64,000 nucleotides of DNA from a virus: IMG/VR virus record IMGVR_UViG_3300032093_000013; one strand, given 5' to 3'. The notes under the pieces are model-generated. The model saw only the letters and a list, made by a program, of their open reading frames with translations. It searched no databases and was not told the DNA's origin. The translations under genes were made by a program, and so were the position numbers. Position 1 is the first letter of the stretch; each line of letters opens with the position of its first letter. Positions 1 through 8,931 of the stretch are shown piece by piece.

Positions 1-34
1 AGAGTCCCACCATTCTTGCCAAGAGTTTTTCTTT

Positions 35-265
35 TCAGTCATCTTTTCCAAAGATAGTTCCAAAGAAACCAGAGTCACCTGGTTTACGGTTTTCTAATTT
101 ATCAAGAAGAGAATCAGTTGTTTGAAGTGTTTCAATACGATGAATAAGATCTGCAATCACACTACAAACCATTGGACGTTCTTGACGCGCAGCATATGAA
201 AGAGCATTACGCAGAGATTGTTCCGCTTCCTTCAAAGATTCTTCTACTGATTGTGATAGTGCCAT
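35..265 (-). CDS. hypothetical cyanophage protein
   Basis: 76-aa ORF, coupled to its neighbour. Confidence 0.7.
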   Translation of the reverse strand: MALSQSVEESLKEAEQSLRNALSYAARQERPMVCSVIADLIHRIETLQTTDSLLDKLENRKPGDSGFFGTIFGKDD

Positions 266-504
266 TACTTAATTTCTCCTTTCAATAAATTATGATAACG
301 TAATACCTCTGGATTTTCAAGGTCTTTACATCGTGGATAGAAGATACCATCACGATAGCAGGCATCTTCTGGACTTGGTTGATAGTATTTCATTGCTTGT
401 GGTTGCGAATCTCTAAAGTTGCAGAGTTCTCCCTGCATTTTCATAAAATTATCAAAACAAAGTCCAGCAACAAATGGAGCGATAAATTCAAGACCATACA
501 TCAT
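265..504 (-). CDS. hypothetical protein
   Basis: 79-aa ORF with overlapping stop/start. Confidence 0.65.
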   Translation of the reverse strand: MMYGLEFIAPFVAGLCFDNFMKMQGELCNFRDSQPQAMKYYQPSPEDACYRDGIFYPRCKDLENPEVLRYHNLLKGEIK

Positions 505-1088
505 TTAAATCTAAACGTTTCAGTGTGTTTTTGCAAAAGATAAGAATCATCACCCTGATTCACCCACTCAACAATATCACCTTCTTTCAGATTTGCTGCT
601 TCTAGAAGATCATCGGGAAATGTTACGCAGTAAATATCTTCATCAGTGTCTTCATCTCGGACTTCTTCAACTGGAAGAACCCACTTCTTTACCTTATCTT
701 TTTTTACTTCTGGGGTCCAATCGTATCCACCCTCTTTACGAATGTCTTCAACTTCTTTTTGAAGATTGATATTATTTGTAGTATATTTTTGATATTCTTC
801 TGGGTAATAATTCTCTTCCCAGAAATCATTCCAGGATTTTTGACACTCTGGAGATTTATCGTCTTTATCACATTGAAGAATTGAACTATCTTCTACGGGA
901 CGATGACCACTCAGAAGTTCCAGAAGTCCAGAAGCACGACTAATACAGTCTTTATGGTAATAATACTCTTCACGAACTGCTTCACGAATCGCAGAATAGA
1001 TTTCGTGCGGTGAAGCATCACTATTCATCGCATCGTGAACCCACTCTTGAAGTTTTTCAAGCGAATACTTTTTGTAATCAGAGGTCAT
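501..1088 (-). CDS. protein with C-terminal AbrB/MazE/SpoVT-like DNA-binding domain
   Basis: C-terminus YCVTFPDDLLEAANLKEGDIVEW resembles the AbrB swapped-hairpin pattern. Confidence 0.6.
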   Translation of the reverse strand: MTSDYKKYSLEKLQEWVHDAMNSDASPHEIYSAIREAVREEYYYHKDCISRASGLLELLSGHRPVEDSSILQCDKDDKSPECQKSWNDFWEENYYPEEYQKYTTNNINLQKEVEDIRKEGGYDWTPEVKKDKVKKWVLPVEEVRDEDTDEDIYCVTFPDDLLEAANLKEGDIVEWVNQGDDSYLLQKHTETFRFK

Positions 1089-1239
1089 TGAGGTAGTCTT
1101 TGATTGCTTGTTCCATAATAACCTGAATCTCCTTGGAAGTCAACCCATTCAACCACTTCCAATTTGGGTCTTCCTTGTCCCATCCCATTGTATAAGACCC
1201 ATCTTCATTTTGTGTTATCTTAAGACTATCAGCATTCAT
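1078..1239 (-). CDS. hypothetical protein (53 aa, MNADSLKITQNEDGSY...)
   Basis: hand-translated ORF filling the gap; below the track cutoff. Confidence 0.6.
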   Translation of the reverse strand: MNADSLKITQNEDGSYTMGWDKEDPNWKWLNGLTSKEIQVIMEQAIKDYLNDL

Positions 1240-1414
1240 CGCAGTCAGTATCCTTATGTTTCTTACGAATTTTTTTAAGTTGTTTCAGTTCTTCCTTAAT
1301 CATCTTATAAGCAGTTTCAGAGTCAATCTTATCACCCAACTCAAGGGCAACAATAATATCTACTCGGGTACCAAAATGTGCGAGTGCTTTTTCAAAACAG
1401 TCTAAATCATACAT
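1229..1414 (-). CDS. hypothetical protein
   Basis: ORF; start MYDLD chosen from overlap with the upstream stop. Confidence 0.6.
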   Translation of the reverse strand: MYDLDCFEKALAHFGTRVDIIVALELGDKIDSETAYKMIKEELKQLKKIRKKHKDTDCDEC

Positions 1415-1622
1415 CGTAATTAATCCTACAGTGTTCGGCAAGAATATCTATACGGGCGTCAAGAGAATTCTCAAGACGATAAATTTCATTTGTTAGTTCT
1501 ACGTTTTCTTCCTCTAGTTTGCTGACTTTATCCTCAAGAGCAGCAAGTCTTTCATATACTTCATCCATAGGAACTTCTGGTTTAAGTCCCCACTTCTTAT
1601 GAAACCAATATGAATCACTCAT
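1407..1622 (-). CDS. hypothetical coiled-coil protein
   Basis: 71-aa ORF with heptad pattern. Confidence 0.65.
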   Translation of the reverse strand: MSDSYWFHKKWGLKPEVPMDEVYERLAALEDKVSKLEEENVELTNEIYRLENSLDARIDILAEHCRINYDV

Positions 1623-1783
1623 AATACACCAACCTCTTTCAAATAGTTTCTATATCGCATAAAACGATTCCAGTTTGGTTGCCCCTGGACATTTAATTGA
1701 TAGCAGATTTCACAATAACACAACCACTCATACCAAGGTGTGGTAGGATCTAATACGTGATATGGATAATCAGAGTTTTCCAC
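1619..1783 (-). CDS. hypothetical protein (54 aa, GTG start)
   Basis: hand-translated ORF filling the gap. Confidence 0.5.
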   Translation of the reverse strand: MENSDYPYHVLDPTTPWYEWLCYCEICYQLNVQGQPNWNRFMRYRNYLKEVGVL

Positions 1784-1976
1784 CTACTTCCGACTCATAA
1801 GTTTTGGATTCAGAGAAACCTTCCTGCCGTCCTTTAAGATAAAAACGGGTCGCTGAGATACACTGCTCTTCAGTGAGAGATGTGATAAGTCCGTTACCAT
1901 CTTTGTCAGTCGAATACCAGAGTCCATACTTTTTTTCATCAACATAAAAAGCATCATCAATTAGTTTCTTTTCCAT
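1770..1976 (-). CDS. hypothetical protein
   Basis: 68-aa ORF. Confidence 0.65.
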   Translation of the reverse strand: MEKKLIDDAFYVDEKKYGLWYSTDKDGNGLITSLTEEQCISATRFYLKGRQEGFSESKTYESEVGGKL

Positions 1977-1981
1977 TTGTT

Positions 1982-2155
1982 TTATTCTTCAAATTTGTAA
2001 CTCAATTTGATGTCTTTCTTTTTCAAACTATATCGATCGATATGCTTTTTACGATGGTCTTCAGATTGAAAATAGCACTTACGGGTTTCATTTCCGTCTT
2101 TATACACAAGTTTCCAGGGAAACTGATCAAAGGGAAATTCTTCGGAGTAGTCCAT
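1982..2155 (-). CDS. hypothetical protein (57 aa)
   Basis: hand-translated MDYSEEFPFDQFPWKL... Confidence 0.6.
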   Translation of the reverse strand: MDYSEEFPFDQFPWKLVYKDGNETRKCYFQSEDHRKKHIDRYSLKKKDIKLSYKFEE

Positions 2156-2313
2156 CAGGTAGGTTGTTCAACACGTTGAGTATACACGGAATCAAACAGT
2201 TCGTCAAGTACCTCACCACACTCATCGTAGGTTTTTGGATCAAATACACTCCACTCTTGATACCGACGAACGGCAGTGTAGATCAATCTATATTGTTCAG
2301 AGGTAAAGTTCAT
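2155..2313 (-). CDS. hypothetical protein (52 aa)
   Basis: hand-translated MNFTSEQY..., coupled at both ends. Confidence 0.6.
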   Translation of the reverse strand: MNFTSEQYRLIYTAVRRYQEWSVFDPKTYDECGEVLDELFDSVYTQRVEQPT

Positions 2314-2498
2314 TAGTCGTAAAGATTTTGCTCCTGTTGTATTTTATCTAGGTAGTGGTAGATCGTTGCTTTTGAGTACTCAAACTCCTCAAATCGTTGT
2401 GGTTTTTTCTTCTCCATCTTGGTGAGCATATTCACCCAGTCATAATGACTATTCACCACCCATCCATAATGATGGTCGTCACATAATAACTTGAACAT
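2313..2498 (-). CDS. hypothetical protein
   Basis: 61-aa coupled ORF. Confidence 0.65.
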   Translation of the reverse strand: MFKLLCDDHHYGWVVNSHYDWVNMLTKMEKKKPQRFEEFEYSKATIYHYLDKIQQEQNLYD

Positions 2499-2713
2499 TA
2501 CTTGAACCCCTTACTTTTCTTTTTGTCTAATACTTCAACGTGACTCAAAAAGTGCCCACCATTTTGAAACCAGGTGAGTTGAACATCCTCATAGTTATCA
2601 AAGATGACCTCTTTACCATCTTCATAAACTAACTTATAATCGTGGCGATCATAAGGTTTATCAGATGTTTGTTTAAAGTATTCTGGTGATGAGGAGTCAA
2701 TAAGTTGAGTCAT
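2498..2713 (-). CDS. hypothetical protein
   Basis: 71-aa coupled ORF. Confidence 0.65.
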   Translation of the reverse strand: MTQLIDSSSPEYFKQTSDKPYDRHDYKLVYEDGKEVIFDNYEDVQLTWFQNGGHFLSHVEVLDKKKSKGFK

Positions 2714-2889
2714 TTCAGATAATGAGGTTTTTCAGATTCAAATGTTACCCACTTTGCCATTTTAAGGCACATCAGCAAAGTTTGGTGTTCACGGTTATAC
2801 AGTTCCCAATCTTGTTTGAGTTTCGCAGCATACCTACGACGATAGGCACAGCACCAGACGTTATAGAATATCTTGTCTTTTTCAGTCAT
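2710..2889 (-). CDS. hypothetical protein (59 aa)
   Basis: hand-translated MTEKDKIFYNVW...; ATGA overlap. Confidence 0.6.
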   Translation of the reverse strand: MTEKDKIFYNVWCCAYRRRYAAKLKQDWELYNREHQTLLMCLKMAKWVTFESEKPHYLK

Positions 2890-3033
2890 AATGGGAATAC
2901 CTCCACATCACTAATCGTGGCACTTTTACATTTATAATAAGTTGTGAGTTGCTGAGCAGTCATCTCACTATTTGCAAGAAACTGTATTTTTACAGTTGCA
3001 CCATCCACAAGAGATGATAAGATCACCGCATAC

Positions 3034-3387
3034 TTATTCATCATTATCATCCCAAGGTGCTTTACGATTCATCAGTTCTTTAATTCTTTCCACCACAGCA
3101 GGGTCTTGTGGTTCATTGATTCGTCGCACAAGTTCATCATATGCTTCTGCGGATACAATAATCCTTTCTGGTTCTTGTCCCAATCTCAACCTGCGTTCTG
3201 GACTGATGGTTAGATTGTAAGGGTCATCATAAGGATAGATGTATTCCTGAAACCATCCAATACTCAAACTCTCCCAGAACTCACCATAACCCCATTCATC
3301 ACCGTCATCATAACAGTCAAGAATATACAGGACATTACGAAATCCATCAAGGAAAAGTTCCCATTTTGTTGGGTTTTCAAATCTCAC
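3034..3387 (-). CDS. hypothetical protein
   Basis: 117-aa ORF. Confidence 0.65.
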   Translation of the reverse strand: MRFENPTKWELFLDGFRNVLYILDCYDDGDEWGYGEFWESLSIGWFQEYIYPYDDPYNLTISPERRLRLGQEPERIIVSAEAYDELVRRINEPQDPAVVERIKELMNRKAPWDDNDE

Positions 3388-3569
3388 GGCGTTTCATCAC
3401 TCCACCAATAAGATAGTTTATCACCATAAGCAGAAATATTCAAGTGGTAGATTTTGCCATCTTTGGTATAAACTCCCACCCATAGAGTGCGTTCATTCAT
3501 ACTTTCAAGGTGAAACATCTCCACATCTTTCAGCACGATTTCATCTGGGTTTTCAGTAAATCTACTCAT
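3384..3569 (-). CDS. hypothetical protein
   Basis: 61-aa ORF. Confidence 0.65.
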   Translation of the reverse strand: MSRFTENPDEIVLKDVEMFHLESMNERTLWVGVYTKDGKIYHLNISAYGDKLSYWWSDETP

Positions 3570-4281
3570 TACTCTTCCTCACTCGTTCAAGAAATGTAAT
3601 TGATTGTTGATAAAGTGCCTCAATCAAGTTCTCAATATCACTAATCGCAATCTCATTATACTCACGATTGAGATATTCACAACGAATAGCATCAATCATA
3701 GATTGTAGAGTAATCATTTGTTGTTGCTCTGGAGTGATTGGTGTGCCGTGAGGAAGTCCAGAACATTCCAGATTGTAGTAATCATTATACCGTCGCAGGA
3801 CAGTATCACTTCGTTCTTTGCGTTCCCATTCTTCTTTTTCAATTTCAGCAAGTTTCAACATAGTATTGACGTTCTCTTCATAGAGATGTTTATCAAGAGC
3901 ATCAAGTGCCTTGCGTTCTGATTCACGACGCTCTGCCTCCTCAAACATTTCATCCGGGTATGGTTCTTGATTGTTCATAAGTTCTAGAACTTTCTGGTAA
4001 TCTTCTTCGGATACTTTTGCTTCAATTGGTTCAGTCATTTTGATTTCAAGTTTAATTTCAGGTGCTTTGGTTCCAGTAGTAAGAGTTTCAAGAGTTGGAG
4101 CAGGCATACGGGATGTTTCCTTACCGTTTGTATAGAAGATTAAGTCCTTGTTCATAAGTTCTCTCAACTTCTGTTTACCGTATTCCGTTAATTCTTTCTT
4201 TGATTTTCTCAATTCATCCAATTCACTTTGAGATAGATTTAAATGAGGCAAATCATCAGGAACTGGAAGATTATCAGTCAT
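3562..4281 (-). CDS. hypothetical early protein
   Basis: 239-aa ORF directly downstream of the promoter element. Confidence 0.7.
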   Translation of the reverse strand: MTDNLPVPDDLPHLNLSQSELDELRKSKKELTEYGKQKLRELMNKDLIFYTNGKETSRMPAPTLETLTTGTKAPEIKLEIKMTEPIEAKVSEEDYQKVLELMNNQEPYPDEMFEEAERRESERKALDALDKHLYEENVNTMLKLAEIEKEEWERKERSDTVLRRYNDYYNLECSGLPHGTPITPEQQQMITLQSMIDAIRCEYLNREYNEIAISDIENLIEALYQQSITFLERVRKSNE

Positions 4282-4303
4282 AAGATTTTTGTTTCATAAA
4301 GTC

Positions 4304-4361
4304 ATTATACAACAAAGGGCACCAGATTTCAAGTGCCCCTGTTCCAGTTTGCAAAGTGTCC
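4304..4361 (-). promoter_or_regulatory. early promoter element, copy 1 of 8
   Basis: GGACAC-TT-N4-AAC-TGGAAC...hairpin...TATAAT. Confidence 0.75.
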
Positions 4362-5120
4362 TTATGATACTCTTACTCTTTTAGAAGTGTCTATATTTTT
4401 TGATTTTTGATATCTCGTAAGTCCTCCTGGATTAGAAATAAATCCAGTTTCAATACACATCCATTTTTGATTTCCTACATTTTTTCCACTAACTTTTCCA
4501 CCATTTCTAGCATTTTCAATTCTCTGTTGTTTAGTAAATCCGTGTATTCCTAATCCGAGTTCTTTTACTTTATTTCCACCTTTTCTACCATCTTCACGAA
4601 TTTGTTCTTTTGTTTTTCCGTGTATTCCTATACAAAGTTCCTGTTGTGTTTTAGCACCTTTTCTACCATCTTCACTCATTTTTTCTTTTGTTCTTGAATG
4701 AACTCCCACTCCAAGTTCATATGCCTTTTTACCATTTTCAATTCTTTTTTCCAAAGAAACATTGTAAAGTCCTGTATTATTATTTTTATGAGTTTCTGCT
4801 GCTTTTTTTCCTGCTGCTTTGAGTATTTTTAGTGATAAAATACCATTACAATTTTCATTCAAACACCAATTATCGTTAAGAAAAGGTCTAATTATTCTTT
4901 TTTCAACTTCTTGTGCTTCTAACCAACTTTCGTCAGTATAATCAAAAACTTCAAGTATTTGTTTCTTTGGAGTATAAAATTTCCAACACCATTTATGAGT
5001 TATAGGAGTTCCCCAATATTCTTCGTTGTAATATTTTTCCTTATGAACCCCATAATAATAATATGGAACTTCTTCAAAAGTAATTTTGTATAAGTATATT
5101 CTTGGACTTTGTGAAGTCAT
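4362..5120 (-). CDS. putative homing endonuclease (GIY-YIG-like N-terminus, C-terminal tandem repeats)
   Basis: IYLYKIT...YYYG motif, downstream E and N, ~26-aa GIHG..GRKGG repeats. Confidence 0.7.
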   Translation of the reverse strand: MTSQSPRIYLYKITFEEVPYYYYGVHKEKYYNEEYWGTPITHKWCWKFYTPKKQILEVFDYTDESWLEAQEVEKRIIRPFLNDNWCLNENCNGILSLKILKAAGKKAAETHKNNNTGLYNVSLEKRIENGKKAYELGVGVHSRTKEKMSEDGRKGAKTQQELCIGIHGKTKEQIREDGRKGGNKVKELGLGIHGFTKQQRIENARNGGKVSGKNVGNQKWMCIETGFISNPGGLTRYQKSKNIDTSKRVRVS

Positions 5121-5130
5121 CGTAATCTTA

Positions 5131-5222
5131 TTGAAACCGCATTAGTATTTATAATAGAAAAGGTGCCCGAAAGCACCTAATCCGTCCGTAGAGATTGCGG
5201 TTTCAACAGACATTTTTATTTA
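5131..5222 (-). promoter_or_regulatory. endonuclease leader: late promoter, inverted-repeat arm, terminator, late promoter, complementary arm
   Basis: TAAATA 5217-5222; arms 5196-5206 and 5131-5141; hairpin 5161-5178 plus U-run; TATAAATA 5146-5153. Confidence 0.65.
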
Positions 5223-5999
5223 TTACCTTAATTTCTCCCGCATAAGTTTCAGACACTCGTTCCATTTATAAGAGTTAGTATCGTGTTCTTTCGGCAACCA
5301 TTCGGCAACAATACTACAAATATGCTCCCTATCAACATTAGAATAGGGGTCAAGATTAGCAAAAAGAGTAGTAGGTTTTGGTTTATAATAATCATCTTCT
5401 CTTACCTTCTCTTCATATGCTGCCTGAAAACCTGCTTGAAACCCCTTCCACCTCATATCATCATACTCGGAATCAGTTTCTAATTCAGGATATTGCCCCC
5501 CCCAATCTTTGTATGCTTCTTCTACTGGTGATTTGTGTTCATCAACCACATCATCATACTTTTCCTTCTTCACATCATTAAACCAAAGTCCTTCAAGAAG
5601 TCGTTCAGTTTCTTTATCAGTCACCATCACAAGTCTTGAAGCATTATCCCAGAAATCCTCTTCTTTTTCTCTTCTCCACCACACAACATACCCATACTCA
5701 TCAGTATATTCAATACGATAATAAGTTTTCTTATTATAAGAGACAATATGAACTTCACCAGATTTTTCTGCTTCCATTCTTGGTTGAGATTTATGTGTCT
5801 CAATCTCTTTGAGAAGTTCCAGTTTCTTTTGAAGCACTTTGATTTCTGCTTCTGTCTTTTCAATATCAGATTTGTAAGTCATTTGTTTAAGATAAGGAGT
5901 AGCATCCATCACACCATCTTTGATTGCTTGTCTAAAGGCATCACGCAATCCATCGGCAACTTGCTCTGGTGTTTGTGGTTTTGGTTGATATTCAGTCAT
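5223..5999 (-). CDS. hypothetical modular early protein
   Basis: long ORF; start MTEYQ chosen from overlap. Confidence 0.7.
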   Translation of the reverse strand: MTEYQPKPQTPEQVADGLRDAFRQAIKDGVMDATPYLKQMTYKSDIEKTEAEIKVLQKKLELLKEIETHKSQPRMEAEKSGEVHIVSYNKKTYYRIEYTDEYGYVVWWRREKEEDFWDNASRLVMVTDKETERLLEGLWFNDVKKEKYDDVVDEHKSPVEEAYKDWGGQYPELETDSEYDDMRWKGFQAGFQAAYEEKVREDDYYKPKPTTLFANLDPYSNVDREHICSIVAEWLPKEHDTNSYKWNECLKLMREKLR

Positions 6000-6177
6000 T
6001 TTCAGTTCCTTCAACATACTTTTGTGCGTTGAGTGTTCTCCACATTACAATCTGTTCAAAGCATTCTCCAAGATTGCGACAAACGAAACTGTCTTCATCC
6101 ACCCCATCTGGACCATCCCAGATTGTAGCAGTGCATCCCTTTGTGGGATGTGAAGTAATAGTGATTTCAATCTTCAT
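5992..6177 (-). CDS. hypothetical protein
   Basis: 61-aa ORF. Confidence 0.6.
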   Translation of the reverse strand: MKIEITITSHPTKGCTATIWDGPDGVDEDSFVCRNLGECFEQIVMWRTLNAQKYVEGTEND

Positions 6178-6358
6178 TATTCGTCAGTCCTACTTCAAGT
6201 CCTTCCATTCTTCCCATATTATAACCCATTTCGTGGATTTTTAGGGCAAACTCAACCATTTGTTTTTTGGTTGAAGAAAAATACTCTATTCCCTCATAAT
6301 CATCAACCAATACTTCAAGATGCTTTTCAGCGAGGTTAAGGATTTGTTCGTCAGTCAT
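6167..6358 (-). CDS. hypothetical protein, MTDEQIL/FAL paralog family
   Basis: follows a promoter element; similar to 7426, 7598 and 11123 ORFs. Confidence 0.7.
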   Translation of the reverse strand: MTDEQILNLAEKHLEVLVDDYEGIEYFSSTKKQMVEFALKIHEMGYNMGRMEGLEVGLTNNED

Positions 6359-6381
6359 CAGGTGTCTGTGTGTATGAAAGT

Positions 6382-6439
6382 ATTATACGACAAAGGGCAC
6401 CCGTTTTCAAGTGCCCCTGTGCCAGTTCTTCAAGTGTCC
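6382..6439 (-). promoter_or_regulatory. early promoter element, copy 2
   Basis: GGACACTTGAAGAACTGGCAC...TATAAT. Confidence 0.8.
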
Positions 6440-6678
6440 TTCTCTACCTCTTTTTCCAGTTGCTTATAAAGAGCATATTCGTATCCACACAAAAATGCAC
6501 TTTCCACCCAACTGATAAGAATTTGTTTCCTTTGGTTCTCATCCTCAATTTTTATGTCGTCCATAAAGTATTCATACCGATATGTAAATCGTCCATAAAA
6601 ATCTTCATAAAACCACTTGTTAAATGAAAGTTGAGCATCTTCTTGGGGGTCAAGATATTCATTAGCAGGATGTTTCAT
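6430..6678 (-). CDS. hypothetical protein
   Basis: ORF; start MKHPAN from ATGA overlap. Confidence 0.6.
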   Translation of the reverse strand: MKHPANEYLDPQEDAQLSFNKWFYEDFYGRFTYRYEYFMDDIKIEDENQRKQILISWVESAFLCGYEYALYKQLEKEVEKDT

Positions 6679-6860
6679 AGGTCTAATGGTTGTTGGGGGT
6701 CTCTTTTCCAAGTTTCCTTATAAGTAATCCACCGTTCCACACCAATTTCTTGTTGAGCAACCCAGTGTATTCCATTCTCATCAATCGCATCAAGATGATG
6801 AACACCAGTCTTGGGGCAGATGACTCTGGATACTTGTGTGAATTTTAGTTTGTTAGTCAT
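6675..6860 (-). CDS. hypothetical protein
   Basis: 61-aa ORF. Confidence 0.65.
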   Translation of the reverse strand: MTNKLKFTQVSRVICPKTGVHHLDAIDENGIHWVAQQEIGVERWITYKETWKRDPQQPLDL

Positions 6861-7216
6861 TCTTCCAAACTCTTAATACATTTTTGAATCAGGTCATTCC
6901 ACCTCTTTGGAGTAAGTTTTTCATTAGCAGTTGAGGACCTGAATGGATACTTATACCAATAAAGTCTAAAGTTTTCACTTGGGATTTCAAAGTTAGGTTT
7001 ATCCATTTCATCTTCTTCATCACCCCAATAATAAGGACGGATGATAAAGAAATCGTTGGAGAAATGTGGAGTGTATCCATAATCTTTTTCTCCTGTCTTT
7101 TCTGTGATCGCATCAATCAGGATTTGGAATGGACCACCCATCCATTTCTCACGAGGAACACTATATTCCTCTGTGGGATTTCCAAATAACATTTGCCCAA
7201 GTTCAAGTTCAGTCAT
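6857..7216 (-). CDS. hypothetical protein
   Basis: 119-aa ORF. Confidence 0.7.
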   Translation of the reverse strand: MTELELGQMLFGNPTEEYSVPREKWMGGPFQILIDAITEKTGEKDYGYTPHFSNDFFIIRPYYWGDEEDEMDKPNFEIPSENFRLYWYKYPFRSSTANEKLTPKRWNDLIQKCIKSLEE

Positions 7217-7433
7217 TTTCTTTCATACAAGGGTATTCAAAAGTTTCACCGATTTGTTCTAATAGAGTGCGGGCAAGGTGAATTTCACCGTAATCAATAC
7301 CCTCCGCAAAGGCATCATCATAACTACCAGCACTTGGAGTATAATCATCTCCATATACATCATAGCAGTGTTTTACCTCTGCGTATTCTTTGAGAACCTT
7401 GAGGAGAAGTGTGAGTTTTTGTTCGTTAGTCAT
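7209..7433 (-). CDS. hypothetical protein
   Basis: 74-aa ORF. Confidence 0.65.
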   Translation of the reverse strand: MTNEQKLTLLLKVLKEYAEVKHCYDVYGDDYTPSAGSYDDAFAEGIDYGEIHLARTLLEQIGETFEYPCMKEND

Positions 7434-7605
7434 AAGTTTTCACAATAGAACATTGTTCATAACCCTTATTGTATCCATCTTCATGAATTGCAAGGGCAAA
7501 CTTCAAGAGTTGTTCTTCCCAACACTCCCAGAAGTTTTCTTTCTCACCAGTGAAATCATCAAATCCACAGGTTTTAGCAAGTTCAAGTATTTGTTCGTTA
7601 GTCAT
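7426..7605 (-). CDS. hypothetical protein, MTNEQIL/FAL paralog family (59 aa)
   Basis: hand-translated MTNEQILELAK...LLKFALAIHEDGY. Confidence 0.7.
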   Translation of the reverse strand: MTNEQILELAKTCGFDDFTGEKENFWECWEEQLLKFALAIHEDGYNKGYEQCSIVKTYD

Positions 7606-7804
7606 AATTCATACTCATAATACGGTTGATTGCTGTTTTGTTTGCTTCTGGATTAGGAACATCTTTCAGTGAAGTAAGAACTTCCTCAATAGTTTCTTTA
7701 CGAATTGCAAGGGCAAACTTCAAAAGGTTTTCTGGTTTGTTTTCATCAATAGGATGAATTGCGAGAAAATGAGAAGCAAGTTTTAGAAGTTCTTCGTCTT
7801 TCAT
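7598..7804 (-). CDS. hypothetical protein, FAL paralog family
   Basis: start MKDEELL lies downstream of the promoter element. Confidence 0.65.
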   Translation of the reverse strand: MKDEELLKLASHFLAIHPIDENKPENLLKFALAIRKETIEEVLTSLKDVPNPEANKTAINRIMSMNYD

Positions 7805-7825
7805 CGGTTGGTTGCTTATGAGAGT

Positions 7826-7882
7826 ATTATAAGGCATTTTCAGGGACTTTGGGGAGTCCTTGTGCCAGTTCAAAAATTGTCC
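7826..7882 (-). promoter_or_regulatory. early promoter element, copy 3
   Basis: GGACAA..AACTGGCAC...TATAAT with the same spacing. Confidence 0.75.
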
Positions 7883-8166
7883 CACACCTCAAAGGTAATT
7901 CTTCTTGTGCGACTTGAATGGTCTATATTCATATTCATAGAATATACTTGTGCCTCTTTGTTTTTTAACTTTTCTGCAATTTGTAAGAAACCATCATTCA
8001 AACTCTCATTATCATAACAGGTGAGTTTTGTGATTGGAATAGTAGAAGTATCCCGAAGTTCTTCCAGTTCTTCTGCGTATGACTTTTCACCCTTATAATA
8101 ATCTGGTTTTGGTTCTTCTTTCTTTCCGTAGAGTTCTTCATATTTTTGTAGGAGAGGATTAGTCAT
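7870..8166 (-). CDS. hypothetical protein
   Basis: 98-aa ORF. Confidence 0.65.
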   Translation of the reverse strand: MTNPLLQKYEELYGKKEEPKPDYYKGEKSYAEELEELRDTSTIPITKLTCYDNESLNDGFLQIAEKLKNKEAQVYSMNMNIDHSSRTRRITFEVWDNF

Positions 8167-8347
8167 AATAAGTGTTTGCGTGTCCGTAGTTCAAATAATA
8201 CCAGAACAATTCTCTCATTCTTTCTTCATCTTCAAATCCGTGAATATGGTTCCACATATGATTACTCCAAGAATACACACAATACTCAAAGAGATGAATT
8301 GAAGTATAGATGTTCCATTTCTTCCAAGTGTCTTTCTTGTTAGTCAT
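8159..8347 (-). CDS. hypothetical protein
   Basis: 62-aa ORF. Confidence 0.6.
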   Translation of the reverse strand: MTNKKDTWKKWNIYTSIHLFEYCVYSWSNHMWNHIHGFEDEERMRELFWYYLNYGHANTYYD

Positions 8348-8578
8348 TTCTTACACCGATGTAATGGAATACGAAGAAACTGAAAGAACCTTCCAATATA
8401 TCCTATCATATCTCCGCATTTAGGACAACGATAAGATGGGTGGGTCATTCTTTATCACCAAAATGTTCAAGTAAAGCACGAGCAAGTCCTCTTACGATTT
8501 CTTCATCATACCACCAATCCATACCATCACTCAAATAACCTTCAATAAATCCATCAAGTTCTTCATCTGTTGGTTTAG

Positions 8579-8764
8579 TCATTTCAATCCAATCAGTTTA
8601 GCAAAATCAGGAGTGATAGTAAGGTTTTGTTCTCTTACAAGATTACGAACTTCTTTACGGAGATGAAGATACTTATCTCGGTATTCTGTGAGATACTTTT
8701 GTGCTCGGTTCTTTTCATCAAAGTCCTTTTGGTGCTCGTAAGTTCTGGTTTCGTAGTATCTCAT
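8579..8764 (-). CDS. hypothetical protein, paralog of 12653-12838
   Basis: MRYYE.RTYEHQ...LRKEVRNLVREQNLTITP shared. Confidence 0.75.
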   Translation of the reverse strand: MRYYETRTYEHQKDFDEKNRAQKYLTEYRDKYLHLRKEVRNLVREQNLTITPDFAKLIGLK

Positions 8765-8931
8765 TTCTCATCCACCTTTGGTGTTTTACCTTTACACCAA
8801 ATAGTATGAAGTTCATCAACACGATTTTCCCAAATCATAGTATCTACAATATAGTCATATGGGGTTTCATAAGTGTCTTCATACACTTCTCTAATGAAGA
8901 TAGATTTATTTACTGATTGGGGGTATTTCAT
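8761..8931 (-). CDS. hypothetical protein (56 aa) flanked by 16-bp direct repeats
   Basis: hand-translated MKYPQSVNK...KVDEK. Confidence 0.6.
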   Translation of the reverse strand: MKYPQSVNKSIFIREVYEDTYETPYDYIVDTMIWENRVDELHTIWCKGKTPKVDEK

